Positions 39,674 to 48,712 of a stretch of 49,364 nt of DNA are shown piece after piece (position 1 is the first letter of the stretch; every line of letters begins with the position of its first letter). Made by a program: the position numbers and the translations under genes. A model generated the notes under the pieces. The model searched no databases, was not told the origin of the DNA, and saw only the letters and a program-made list of their open reading frames with translations. Origin of the DNA: Planctomycetota bacterium (lineage in GTDB: Bacteria > Planctomycetota > UBA11346); assembly GCA_038213805.1 (NCBI GenBank), contig JBBQSO010000036.1, positions 1-49,364 of the forward strand, given 5' to 3'.

Positions 39674-40710
39674 GGCTGCTGGTCCCGAACCTGGTTGATG
39701 ACCACCAGGGCCGGCAGTGGCGTCATGACTTTTTCCATCTGCTTGTCCGCCGGCAGGTGCTGCCAAGCGGGCAGCATGTCGTCATGGATCCACTTCCAAC
39801 GGTCGTTGAAGTCGCCGATCGAACCATCGGGCTCGAAGGCGCGGAAGGGCTTGCCGCCCGGTATGGGTGACTTGGTCTCGCGCGAGATCTGGCCTTCGGT
39901 CAGCGAGCCGACCAGACCCTTGCCCATCTCCGTCCAGAATGGCTGGAGGATGTCGTGCTGCTCGGAATGCAGCAGCTTCTCATTGCCCTGGGCCGGCTTG
40001 CCCCCGGCGATCAGGCGCCACCCCTCAAGCTGCTCGGGATTGGTCAGGTCACCAGCCTTAGCCAGGCGCTCCATCTCGGGCAGGCCCTTGTCGGCGAAGG
40101 CGCGGTGCTGCCAGGCAAGGTCCTGGAAGACGTCCTTCTGCATGGTCAGGAAGCTCTTCTCCAGGTGCATCGACTGCAGATACATCACCGAAGTGGCGAT
40201 CTCGGGCTCGCGCCAGAACGACGGCTTGGTCGCCTCCTTCATCGCCTCGACCTCGGCCAGGCCCTGGAAGACGCGCGCGCCGGCAAGTTTGGCCATGCCC
40301 GCCCACTGCATCTCCTGCGGGTGGTCGTGGTACATGTGCGCATACCACTCATAGGATTTGGTGACATTGCCGAGATTGGCGCTGAAGCCGGCGCCGACGT
40401 CCCAGGTCTTCTCGTCGATGCCGGCCTCCTTGTAGACCTTGGCGAGATAATCCTGCTTGGTTGCCGGCGCAGCAGCGACCGCCGCTGCGTCGCCAGCGAC
40501 CGCCGCCGGCGCGTGGTCGGCCGCCGTGACCAGGGTGAAGGCGCCATGGCGGTCGACGTCGGCGCGTGCCGGCAGGGGCGCGCTGTGCGCAGTCGCAGCG
40601 GCGACACCGTCGCCGGCTTCGTGAGCAGGGCGCGCATTCGTGCCGACAGCCACGCGTGACCTGACTTCGGCTTCGTGATCGACCTCGGGAGCGCTCTTGG
40701 GTTCTGGCAT
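39670..40710 (-). CDS. Hypothetical protein with DUF2515-like helical domain after a low-complexity leader, candidate effector
   Basis: GGAGGT RBS before ATG 40710; Y..MY...P..QWAGMAKLAG, MQKDVFQDLAWQHRAF, GNEKLLHSEQHDILQP, IGDFNDRWKWI...LP. The family assignment is from recalled motif similarity. Confidence 0.72.
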   Translation of the reverse strand: MPEPKSAPEVDHEAEVRSRVAVGTNARPAHEAGDGVAAATAHSAPLPARADVDRHGAFTLVTAADHAPAAVAGDAAAVAAAPATKQDYLAKVYKEAGIDEKTWDVGAGFSANLGNVTKSYEWYAHMYHDHPQEMQWAGMAKLAGARVFQGLAEVEAMKEATKPSFWREPEIATSVMYLQSMHLEKSFLTMQKDVFQDLAWQHRAFADKGLPEMERLAKAGDLTNPEQLEGWRLIAGGKPAQGNEKLLHSEQHDILQPFWTEMGKGLVGSLTEGQISRETKSPIPGGKPFRAFEPDGSIGDFNDRWKWIHDDMLPAWQHLPADKQMEKVMTPLPALVVINQVRDQQP

Positions 40711-41020
40711 CGGCACCTCCGCTGGGCGGCCATCGTACCATGACCCATTCCCAGACAACCGTGGCAGGGGCGCGGTTCATGCGTCTCTTCGCCCGGACCC
40801 CAGGTGTCGGTCGCTGCCGCGGTGGACGGTTCAGCAGCCAGGATGGAGAGGAAAGCGCCCGTCCCGTTCATCCAGAGGCGAAATTAAGACCAACATTTTA
40901 CATCGCTCATGCGTCCGATCCCCATCTTTGCGGCAGAAAGGACTGGCGGCACTGCTCATTCAATAAAGTGACTACCCTGAAGATCTGATCTTGATTTTCG
41001 CTGATAGTACTTCTCGCCAT

Positions 41021-41764
41021 TCATGGCGACTTTGCGAACTCGCCTCGCAACGCGGTCGCCCATACCGCATAGCCCTTCTCGGTGGGGTGACAGGCGTCAC
41101 CCATCACGTCGGCGGGGATGGTGCCGTCGGCATCGACCAGATGCGCGCCGAGGTCGATGAAGGCGTGGTGCTCCTGTGCGGCGTAGGCGGCGAGGAGGCG
41201 GTTGACCTCGGCGATCTTGGCCCGGAAGGGATCGTCTGCTTTGCGACCGCGTGGCAGCACGGCCATGTGCACGATCCGAGACTTTGGCGACATAGCGCCG
41301 ATCTGCCGGCTGATCGCGGCTATCCCGGCGACGATCTCCGTCGGCGTGTTCTCGCGCGCGTGGGCGGTTCCAGTGAGGTTGTTGGTGCCGATCATCAGCA
41401 CCACCCAGTGCGGGTGCAGGCCGGTGAATTCCCCATGATCCAGGCGCCACAGGACGTTCTGGGTGCGGTCCCAGCCAAAGCCGAGATTGAGCACCCGCCG
41501 CTCGGCGAATGCGGCCTTCCAGGACACCGGTCCATTGGTCGGCCCGGGCGGATCGCCACCCCAGAAATGGGTGATGGAATCGCCGATCATCACCACCTCG
41601 GGATCGGCCCCCTGGACGGCCTTGAGCACCGCTTCGTGACGGGCATACCAGTCGTAGCCATCCTGCTCGAGTTTGGGAACCGGTACGATGGCGGTGTTGT
41701 CGGTCGCCTCGCCACCGCAGAGGTATGCAGTGCAGGCGAGGATCACGAGGAGGAGGGTGCGCAT
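41021..41764 (-). CDS. Secreted SGNH/GDSL esterase (PAF-acetylhydrolase IB-like)
   Basis: AAGGAG RBS; MIGDSITH, NLGFGWDRTQNVLWRL, MIGTNN, DACHP. Confidence 0.92.
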   Translation of the reverse strand: MRTLLLVILACTAYLCGGEATDNTAIVPVPKLEQDGYDWYARHEAVLKAVQGADPEVVMIGDSITHFWGGDPPGPTNGPVSWKAAFAERRVLNLGFGWDRTQNVLWRLDHGEFTGLHPHWVVLMIGTNNLTGTAHARENTPTEIVAGIAAISRQIGAMSPKSRIVHMAVLPRGRKADDPFRAKIAEVNRLLAAYAAQEHHAFIDLGAHLVDADGTIPADVMGDACHPTEKGYAVWATALRGEFAKSP

Positions 41765-41880
41765 GATGGACTCCTTTAGCCAGTGCCGTGCAGCCATCTT
41801 TGCCCCACGCGGCGCGGCTACCATCAGAATTACCATCTTCTCCAACCGACAGGGTGAATCCTGATGAATCCAGGTGGATC

Positions 41881-41936
41881 CGGAGGATCCAGGACTGGCG
41901 GAGGATCCAGGACAGGCGGAGGATCCAGGACAGGCG
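41881..41936. repeat. 18-bp tandem repeat x3 ending in CAGGACAGG
   Basis: cggaggatccaggactgg, cggaggatccaggacagg, cggaggatccaggacagg, preceded by degenerate gaatcc/ggatcc units from 41856. Confidence 0.85.
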
Positions 41937-42020
41937 CTCATCCCACACACCCATTCCCCCCTCCGCCCCGATCATGTGCTGCCATCGTTGGCCAGCGCGG
42001 CGCGGCCTAGCATCAGCAGC

Positions 42021-42275
42021 ATGGCCGTCCTCGGTCTCTATCTCCTCGACCCTCTGCGCGCAGCAGCCTGGCACCTGGTCAACCGCTGCGTCTGGCGTGG
42101 CTTCCGGTGCGGAAGCCGGTGGGGCAGCGCCGCCAATGGGTTCACGGCCAATCTGGATGCCCTCGTCCATGCCCGCTGCCCTGGCCGCGGTGGCCGCGGG
42201 TCAACCGGCTCGTCGATGGCGGGCCGCTTCACCTCGGTCCCGGTGCGTGACCCGGCCGCCGCCATCGCGGTGGCC
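42021..42275 (+). pseudogene. Collapsed REP-associated tyrosine transposase (RAYT/TnpA-REP) remnant
   Basis: MAVLGLYLLDPLRAAAWHLVNRCVWRGFRCG resembles the RAYT N-terminus YHxxSRCVRRAFLCG. A frameshifted QRRQWV resembles HRRQWI. GSTGSSMAGRFTSVPVRDPAAAIAV resembles GCTGxFWEGRFxSxxLLDxAALxAC. The HUH core is missing. Confidence 0.72.
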
Positions 42276-42282
42276 GAACAGC

Positions 42283-45200
42283 TCAGCCATTGCCCGTCGG
42301 CAGCGCCGGTCCGGCGATCGCGGGCGTGGCGGGGAACAGATACATGGTCGGGATCGCCTGGTCCACCATCGTCGCCGTCGACCAGTGCAGTCGCACGGAC
42401 GCCGAGCCGTGGGCCTCGTAGAAGTCGAGCCGCAGGTTTGCGCGCTGACCAGCGGTGAGCTGGACGGCCACGCTGTGCGCCGTCGCCGACTGGTCGTACC
42501 ACGCGTCGATCACCAACAGGTCGCCGATCCACAGCCGCACGCCGTCGTCACCGGTGACCGTGACCGTGTAGGTGTCGGTCGTCGGCGCGAGGACCTGTCC
42601 GGTCCAGCGGGCGGTGAACATGTCGCTCGAGACGTCCGCGGCCGGGCCGCGGTCAGCCCAGTCGAAATCGACCGTCGCATCGATCCGCGTGACGGTCGCA
42701 GCGCCAGCGAAGGTCGCGAGCTGGTTCGACCAGTACTGCCCGGCCAGGCCAGTCCCGCTCGCGAAGCCGCTGTCGACCGGAAACAGCGCCGACTGCGGGA
42801 CGATCGCCCGCGCGGGCATCGTGGCCGACTGCCACCACAGCCGCGCCACGGCGCCGCCGCCGTGCTCGAAGTAGTCGAGCCGCACGTCGTGCTTCACGCC
42901 GCCGGACAATTGCACGGTCGCACTGTGATCGGTCGGCGATTCGTCAAACCACGCGTCGACCACCAGCGTCCCGTCGATCCACAAGCGCACGCCGTCGTCG
43001 CCGGTGACCGTGAACGTCCACGCGCCACCGGTGGGCGGCAAGACCTGACCGGTCCAGCGCGCCGTGAAAGCGTCGCTCGACACCGCCGGGTCTGGCGAGC
43101 CGCCGCCCCAGTCCATGTCGATCGTCGGGTCGACCCGCGTCACGGTCGGCGCGCCCGCAAAGCCCGCGAGCTGGTTCGACCAGTACTGCGCGGTCAAGCC
43201 GGTACCGCCGCCACTCGTCACGGTGGCCGGATAGAGCTGCGCGGTCGGCACGATCGACGACTCGTTCGAGCCCGGCAGGGTCCAGTGCAGGCGCGCGACG
43301 GCGCCGCCGCCGTGCTCGTAGTATTCCAACTTGGCCTCATAGCGTTGTCCGGCCTGCAGCTCGATGCGCCCATCGTGGGCGGTCGGGCCCTGATCATACC
43401 ACGCGTCGACGATCAGCTGGCCATTCACCCACAGCCGCACGCCATCGTCGCCGATCACGCTGAAATCATACATGCCGCTGCGCGGTGCGAGCACCTGGCC
43501 GCTCCAGCGCGCCGAGAATTCGTCGCTCGACACCGCCGGGTCCGGCGACCCGCCGCCCCAGTCGAATTCCACGAGCGGATCGACCCTGGTCAGCGCCGGA
43601 GCCCCGACGAAGCCCGCGAGCTGAGCGCTCCAGTACTCGCCGGTCAGGCCGGTGCCATCGCCGCGAACGTCGGTCGGGACCACCACGATGCCGAGCGCGG
43701 GCGAGGCGTCGCCAAAGCGCGCACCCGCATGGGCCATGCGCCACTGGAAGGCGTACGTGCCCGGCACGGGCGGCGCGACGATCGTGAAGTCGAAGGTCGC
43801 ATCGGAGCCGGGCGGGACAGCACTCGCCAGGGCAACCGACTGCACACCCCAGGTCGCGTCATCCGCGACCAGCGCGTAGCCCGCGCCCACGTTCCAGGTC
43901 GTCCCACCGGCGTTGTGCATGCTCACCGTCACCCGCTCGCCTTGGCCGACCTGCAGCGCGGTGCCCGGCACGCTCGCGCCGGCGAAGGTCCCGCCATCGA
44001 CCGCCCCGGCGCCGTAGGCGCCGCCACGGATGTCGACGTCGACCGTCGCCGAGGCGATGCCGTTGGCGACCACCGCCAACGCGTAGCGGCCATCGGGGAT
44101 GCCAGCGAAGGAGATTTCGCACGACGACTGCGTGTCACCGGGAGTGATGCCCATGGTGCTGAACCCGAAGGTCCGGGCGTAGCGCACGGTGCCGGAGCCA
44201 TCGGTCATCCGGACCAGCGCGAAGTTCGACGCCATCTGCGCATCGTCGCCGTAATAGGCGCCGCTCGACAGGCCGTTGAGCCGCGCGCCGACCAGCTGCG
44301 CGGTGCCGTCGCCGTTCGCCGCGAGCGTCGCAATCGCGGGCCGCCACGCCTCGCTCGGGCCGTCGGTCGGCGTGTAGGCGAAGACCGACGAGCCGCCGTC
44401 GGCGAAGAGCACCTCCCCAGACGGTACGACCAGGAAGCGCTCGACGAACACCGGCTCCTGCGCCTGGGCACCGAACGGGGTCGGTGCGCGGGTGAAGGAG
44501 TCGGTCACCGGATCGAACTCGAACATCTCGGTGGGCGCGCCGAATTCCTGGAGGTCGCCGGCGACCAGCACCCGGCCATTGGGCAGGATCGCGGCCGGCG
44601 CGTCGTCGGCGATGGCTCCGTCCGGCAGCCGCGGTCCGGAGCTCCAGGTGCCGTTGGCGTAGAGGTCGGTCGCGCCCGATGCACCGATCGCCAGCACCCG
44701 GCCGTCGTACATCAGCACGTTCGCGCCCACTTCCTCGCCGTGGCCGATGAGGTTGTCCGGTGGCGTGCCTGCGTCGACCCACTGGTTGGTCCACGGCAGA
44801 TAGCGCGTCGACCCGCCGTTGGTCATGGTCACCAGCACCGAACCGTCGGCCAGCAACGCCGCGCTCTCTTCGTCGTTCCACGTCGGCCGACCGCCGGTCT
44901 CCGTCCACGATCCGTCCACCGGATTCCACACCGTCGCGCTGCTCCACAACCGCGGCAGCAGCAGCACGCGACCATCAGCGAGCGTGAGGCCGGTCGAGTC
45001 ACCGATATCGCCGCTCCAGCCGGAGAGGTACGACCATGTGTCAACGGCGGGATCGTAGATCTCGACCGAACTGCCCCCCGTTCCGTACTCGCCGCCGCCG
45101 ACGAACACCCGCCCGTCCCGCAGCACGGTCGAGGCGTAGTACAGCCGCGTGTCGTGCATCGGTGCGCGCCGTGACCACGTGCCATCGGCGAAGCGACCGT

Positions 45201-45411
45201 CCGGACCCGCCGTGAGACGGTACCAGGCCGATCCGCCGTTCGACTGCGCGAGCACCGTGCCGTCGGTCATCATCAGCATCGTCGAAATGCCATCCGGCGC
45301 GTTGGGCAGGCGGGTCCATTGGCCGACCGTTGCGGCCGGCGCGGCCGCCCAGAGCGACAGTAGGGCGAGCATCGCGCTTCGGCGCGGGGCGTTGCAGATC
45401 ATTCGCAGCAT
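42283..45411 (-). CDS. Secreted Kelch-like beta-propeller + NBR1-type Ig + three PA14 domains
   Basis: GGAG RBS before ATG 45411; kelch motifs (RLYYASTVLRDGRVFVGGGEYG, LLADGSVL, ILPNGRVL); Ig (VTVSMHNAGGTTW...PGTYAFQWRM); three GTGLxxxYWS...FxARWxG...DDGVRLW...YxEHGGGA repeats. Confidence 0.9.
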   Translation of the reverse strand: MLRMICNAPRRSAMLALLSLWAAAPAATVGQWTRLPNAPDGISTMLMMTDGTVLAQSNGGSAWYRLTAGPDGRFADGTWSRRAPMHDTRLYYASTVLRDGRVFVGGGEYGTGGSSVEIYDPAVDTWSYLSGWSGDIGDSTGLTLADGRVLLLPRLWSSATVWNPVDGSWTETGGRPTWNDEESAALLADGSVLVTMTNGGSTRYLPWTNQWVDAGTPPDNLIGHGEEVGANVLMYDGRVLAIGASGATDLYANGTWSSGPRLPDGAIADDAPAAILPNGRVLVAGDLQEFGAPTEMFEFDPVTDSFTRAPTPFGAQAQEPVFVERFLVVPSGEVLFADGGSSVFAYTPTDGPSEAWRPAIATLAANGDGTAQLVGARLNGLSSGAYYGDDAQMASNFALVRMTDGSGTVRYARTFGFSTMGITPGDTQSSCEISFAGIPDGRYALAVVANGIASATVDVDIRGGAYGAGAVDGGTFAGASVPGTALQVGQGERVTVSMHNAGGTTWNVGAGYALVADDATWGVQSVALASAVPPGSDATFDFTIVAPPVPGTYAFQWRMAHAGARFGDASPALGIVVVPTDVRGDGTGLTGEYWSAQLAGFVGAPALTRVDPLVEFDWGGGSPDPAVSSDEFSARWSGQVLAPRSGMYDFSVIGDDGVRLWVNGQLIVDAWYDQGPTAHDGRIELQAGQRYEAKLEYYEHGGGAVARLHWTLPGSNESSIVPTAQLYPATVTSGGGTGLTAQYWSNQLAGFAGAPTVTRVDPTIDMDWGGGSPDPAVSSDAFTARWTGQVLPPTGGAWTFTVTGDDGVRLWIDGTLVVDAWFDESPTDHSATVQLSGGVKHDVRLDYFEHGGGAVARLWWQSATMPARAIVPQSALFPVDSGFASGTGLAGQYWSNQLATFAGAATVTRIDATVDFDWADRGPAADVSSDMFTARWTGQVLAPTTDTYTVTVTGDDGVRLWIGDLLVIDAWYDQSATAHSVAVQLTAGQRANLRLDFYEAHGSASVRLHWSTATMVDQAIPTMYLFPATPAIAGPALPTGNG

Positions 45412-46073
45412 GCGGACTCCGTGGACGGTGATGCGTGAAAGAGGAGACATCCGTACGATTTGCGCCCACCTTGGTACCGACCGCGCTGACACGGGACGAT
45501 CCGGGATGGTCAATCCGGACAATCCGGGGCGGGCAATTCGGGCCACAGCCTGTGATCCGTGGCGCTCCGGGACGGCGCTCATCCCCTTGCGTGGAATGAA
45601 CTGCACAATGGGACGGGAAGGCGCATTGATCCTGTTTTTACCAGGATTTTCTTGATAGCGTCGTCATGAAGTACCGACTCACTGGAGCATGTCAGCATCC
45701 AATCGTAAAAAAGTTTTTGCCCAGGATTCTTTCCCGAACCCATAAAAACATGCCTGGCCTAGATTGCCCTCAACGAGTTCCTGTCCTGGGTCCGTCACGA
45801 GATTCGTCAGCAGGGCCAGCGGTAGCAGGGCGAGGCGGTGAAGGGGCGAAGGGGCATCGGGAGTCAGGCATCCTCAGGGTCGGCTCCGGGGTCTACTGCG
45901 CTCATCTCTCCAGAAGAGCAGGGATCTTTACACTCCAGGAGATGAGGCCATGTGCGGGAGCCCCCATGCCGCTGGTCCTCTCCTAGGCCTGTGGTTTAAG
46001 ACGGAAAGCACCTGTCCTCAGATGTGATGTCCTGTTTTTCCGGCGGGTGGCAGGGGAAGCGCGCCGGCGGCCC

Positions 46074-46295
46074 TCACGGCCCGCCCACCCTGGGATGGCG
46101 CCTGACCGAGCATTGTTCGCGCGCATACCTTTCCCATGCGTCCTGATCATGCTCTGATGAATGGCTCTCGAAGATCTCAGAAGCGCGGCTGATGATCCAT
46201 CCGCGGGATGGGAAGTGGTTGGCTTGGCGAAGCAGCGGTCTTGACGTGTGAGGCTTGATTGCCAGATCCGCGGGGAAACCGGGCACGGAAAACAT
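46074..46295 (-). CDS. Small hypothetical protein, weak DUF2934-like motif
   Basis: WIISRASEIFESHSSEHDQDAWERYAREQ resembles IxxRAYEIWE...DW..AE.E; AAAGG upstream of the ATG. Confidence 0.35.
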   Translation of the reverse strand: MFSVPGFPADLAIKPHTSRPLLRQANHFPSRGWIISRASEIFESHSSEHDQDAWERYAREQCSVRRHPRVGGP

Positions 46296-46436
46296 GCCTT
46301 TTGATCGATAGCCTCATTATAAATAGAGTAAGTGGCCGTTATGAATTGTTCTTCGGAGTCGCGTTGGGCGGTTGCCAGGATGACAAAAGACATTACACAA
46401 GATTGACATTTCTATACCGCCAACGAAGAGTCGCCC

Positions 46437-46919
46437 ATGCGCCATGTGATCCTGTTCGCCAGCGCCGTGCTCATCCTCCCGGCCTGCCAGACTGCGGGTC
46501 GAGGCGCCCAGGACCAGCATCACCGTGCGATCGAGATGACTGCGCCCGACTCCCAGATCAGCCATGCCGAGAATCCGACGGTCACGGATGGGGACAAGTA
46601 CCACGTCATCATGGAGAATGACCGCGTCCGTGTCCTGGAGTTCCAGGACCACCCCGGCGACGTGACGCACCAGCACCGCCATCCCGACTCGGTACTCGTG
46701 GCGATGAGCGCCTACACCAGGACCATCACCTTCCCCGACGGCACCTCCAAGGTGCGGACGTTCGCGATTGGCGACATCGTGTGGATTCCTGCGCAGACCC
46801 ACTCCGGCAAGAACACGGGCAGCACCGACTCGCATGCGATGCTCATCGAGATGAAGGAATTCAAGTCGTTCCCACCGCCGAGCGCCGAGGTTCCCGGCGC
46901 GAAAAATTCCGCACCGTAG
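46437..46919 (+). CDS. Cupin-domain lipoprotein
   Basis: Lipobox LPAC; DKYHVIMENDRVRVLEFQDHPGDVTHQHRHPD...WIPAQTHSGKNTG...LIEMK. Confidence 0.88.
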   Translation: MRHVILFASAVLILPACQTAGRGAQDQHHRAIEMTAPDSQISHAENPTVTDGDKYHVIMENDRVRVLEFQDHPGDVTHQHRHPDSVLVAMSAYTRTITFPDGTSKVRTFAIGDIVWIPAQTHSGKNTGSTDSHAMLIEMKEFKSFPPPSAEVPGAKNSAP

Positions 46920-47187
46920 CGAGAGCGCTTAAACGGCCGATTCCATACCCCATTTTTACGCATTGGCCCACAGATCGTCCCTGGGCGGCTCGCGGGGAAT
47001 CTGGGGCAGGCACTCGTTTTGGGGCGACTATAGCCAATGCACTTTTCGATCGGAATGGCGAGGCTGGCGGTTTTCCAGCCATGATCCGATAAATTTCCGT
47101 TCCGTGATCCAAAGCGTGAGCCTGCATCCCGCCCCTGCCCAGTCACCCACGGAAAGCGTCTGTTCTGAGTGTGATCTGCATTGGCAT

Positions 47188-47499
47188 TCACAGCACCGCG
47201 CGCGCTGCGGTCGGAATCTTGAACCAACGATCAGCAACGAAGCGAGTGCAAGCCACCGCGACCCACGGCCGATTCGCCTCAATGCCGGCGAGTCGCACCT
47301 TTCCGTCGTTTTTGCCCGTCCCGAGTTGGTAGGCCGCAGCGATGGTGAGCGGATCCTTCTCGCCAGCGAGGGAGATCGTCGCATTCACCGTGTTTTCCGT
47401 GCGATCGATGACGAGCGTTTCGATTTTGCATATGCCCTTGCACAAGCCGTTTAAATGATTCCGTGCCAAGGCTGTCTTGGCTGCGTCTATGAGACCCAT
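47188..47499 (-). CDS. Conserved hypothetical protein
   Basis: AGGAG RBS; compact globular ORF (GICKIETLVID...ISLAGEKDPL...ANRPWV). Confidence 0.7.
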   Translation of the reverse strand: MGLIDAAKTALARNHLNGLCKGICKIETLVIDRTENTVNATISLAGEKDPLTIAAAYQLGTGKNDGKVRLAGIEANRPWVAVACTRFVADRWFKIPTAARAVL

Positions 47500-47670
47500 G
47501 CGATATCACTCCTGGAGTCCCGAACGAGGGACCTTTCCTGTCATTCTCAGGCACTGTGCCGGGTCGGCAATGACCCATCGTGGCAAGACTCAGCGCGAGC
47601 ACGTTAACCCCATCACATGAGGATACTGCCTGTCTTGAGGGATGAGGTGCCCTGTCCCACAAAGAAAGTG

Positions 47671-47720
47671 CCTGTCCTGAATGGTTTCCTGTCCTGAATG
47701 GTTTACCTGAATGGTTTCCT
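47671..47720. repeat. 17-bp tandem repeat (about 2.9 copies) containing CCTGTCCTG
   Basis: cctgtcctgaatggttt x2 (47671-47704), then acctgaatggtttcct, abutting the ZIP stop codon. Confidence 0.85.
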
Positions 47721-48460
47721 CACGCCTCGAGCTTCGAGAGCACGAACGCGACGAGGAAGCCGAAGGTGGTGATGATGCCGACAGTTGCGCCCCCCTCTTC
47801 GAAGGCCTCAGGCATCATGGTGCTTGCGAGCATGGTCAGGATCGCCCCGGCCGCGAAAGCCTGGATGCCTGCGAGCACATTGCCGGAGGCGTCGGCGAGG
47901 AAGGCGTAACCGGCCATCGCGGCGAGCGCCGAGACGATCACCACCGCGGTCCACAGGCCCATAATCGCCAGTGTCGAGTGGCCGGCCTTCTTCAGGCCCA
48001 CGGCCGCGGACAGGCCTTCCGGGATGTTGCTGAGGAACACCGCCACGACCATCGCAAAGCCGACGGAGTTGCCGCCGATCAGCGAAACGCCGATGGCGAC
48101 GGATTCAGGGATCCCGTCCATCAGCGCGCCGATCGTGATCGCCATGCCCGAGCCATCGGCCTGCTTGCCGTTCGAACGCTTGCGATGCTTTGCGCCGAAC
48201 TTCGCCAACAGCAGATCGGCACCATAATAGCAGAGAGCGCCGGCGGCGACACCGATCGACGCCGCATCAAAACCGCCGCGCCGGAAGGCCTCGTTCATCA
48301 ACTCAAAGGCGACAGAGGAGATGAGCACCCCCGCGCCGACCGCCATGATCCAGGCGATGACGCGCTGCGACGCATGGTCATAGACGCCGATGGCGGCGCC
48401 GATCAGCAGCGCGAGGCCGCCGACCAGTCCCCAGAAACCTGCGTGCCAGATACTGCTCAT
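47720..48460 (-). CDS. ZIP family metal (zinc) transporter
   Basis: GAGVLISSVAFEL, GALMDGIPES, AVFLSNIPEGLS, AFAAGAILTMLASTMMPEAFEEGG. Confidence 0.92.
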   Translation of the reverse strand: MSSIWHAGFWGLVGGLALLIGAAIGVYDHASQRVIAWIMAVGAGVLISSVAFELMNEAFRRGGFDAASIGVAAGALCYYGADLLLAKFGAKHRKRSNGKQADGSGMAITIGALMDGIPESVAIGVSLIGGNSVGFAMVVAVFLSNIPEGLSAAVGLKKAGHSTLAIMGLWTAVVIVSALAAMAGYAFLADASGNVLAGIQAFAAGAILTMLASTMMPEAFEEGGATVGIITTFGFLVAFVLSKLEA

Positions 48461-48712
48461 GGGAATGAGCGCTGGAGTAGCCCGGCCCGCAGGGAGGCGC
48501 AATCTATTTCAGGCACAGGTGGAACGTGGCGCCTCCCAGCAGGTCGTGTTGAGGAATCGAGTGAGAAATAGAGAGCAATCGAGGACAGGGCATTCGACGT
48601 CGCCAAGCACTGGCGAGAGATTTCCGCACCCCAAATGGTTTATCACTTCGCGTCGCTTGGTAGGGTGCGTCCCGGCGGGTGAGCGGCCACCGCCGTGGTC
48701 GCCAGCCAGGGC

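Noticed and set aside
41881..41936. Tandem repeats here and at 47671 and 27006 as CRISPR or TIGR-like arrays
   Set aside because: Units are contiguous with no unique spacers, have only 2-3 copies, and no cas or Nop-domain gene is present.
42335..43660. Three similar ~440-bp DNA repeats as a DGR template/variable pair
   Set aside because: They are in-frame PA14 domain copies, show no evident adenine-specific differences, and no reverse transcriptase is present.
41788..45174. 1128-aa plus-strand ORF
   Set aside because: Shadow of the Kelch/PA14 gene; stop-poor because of high GC.
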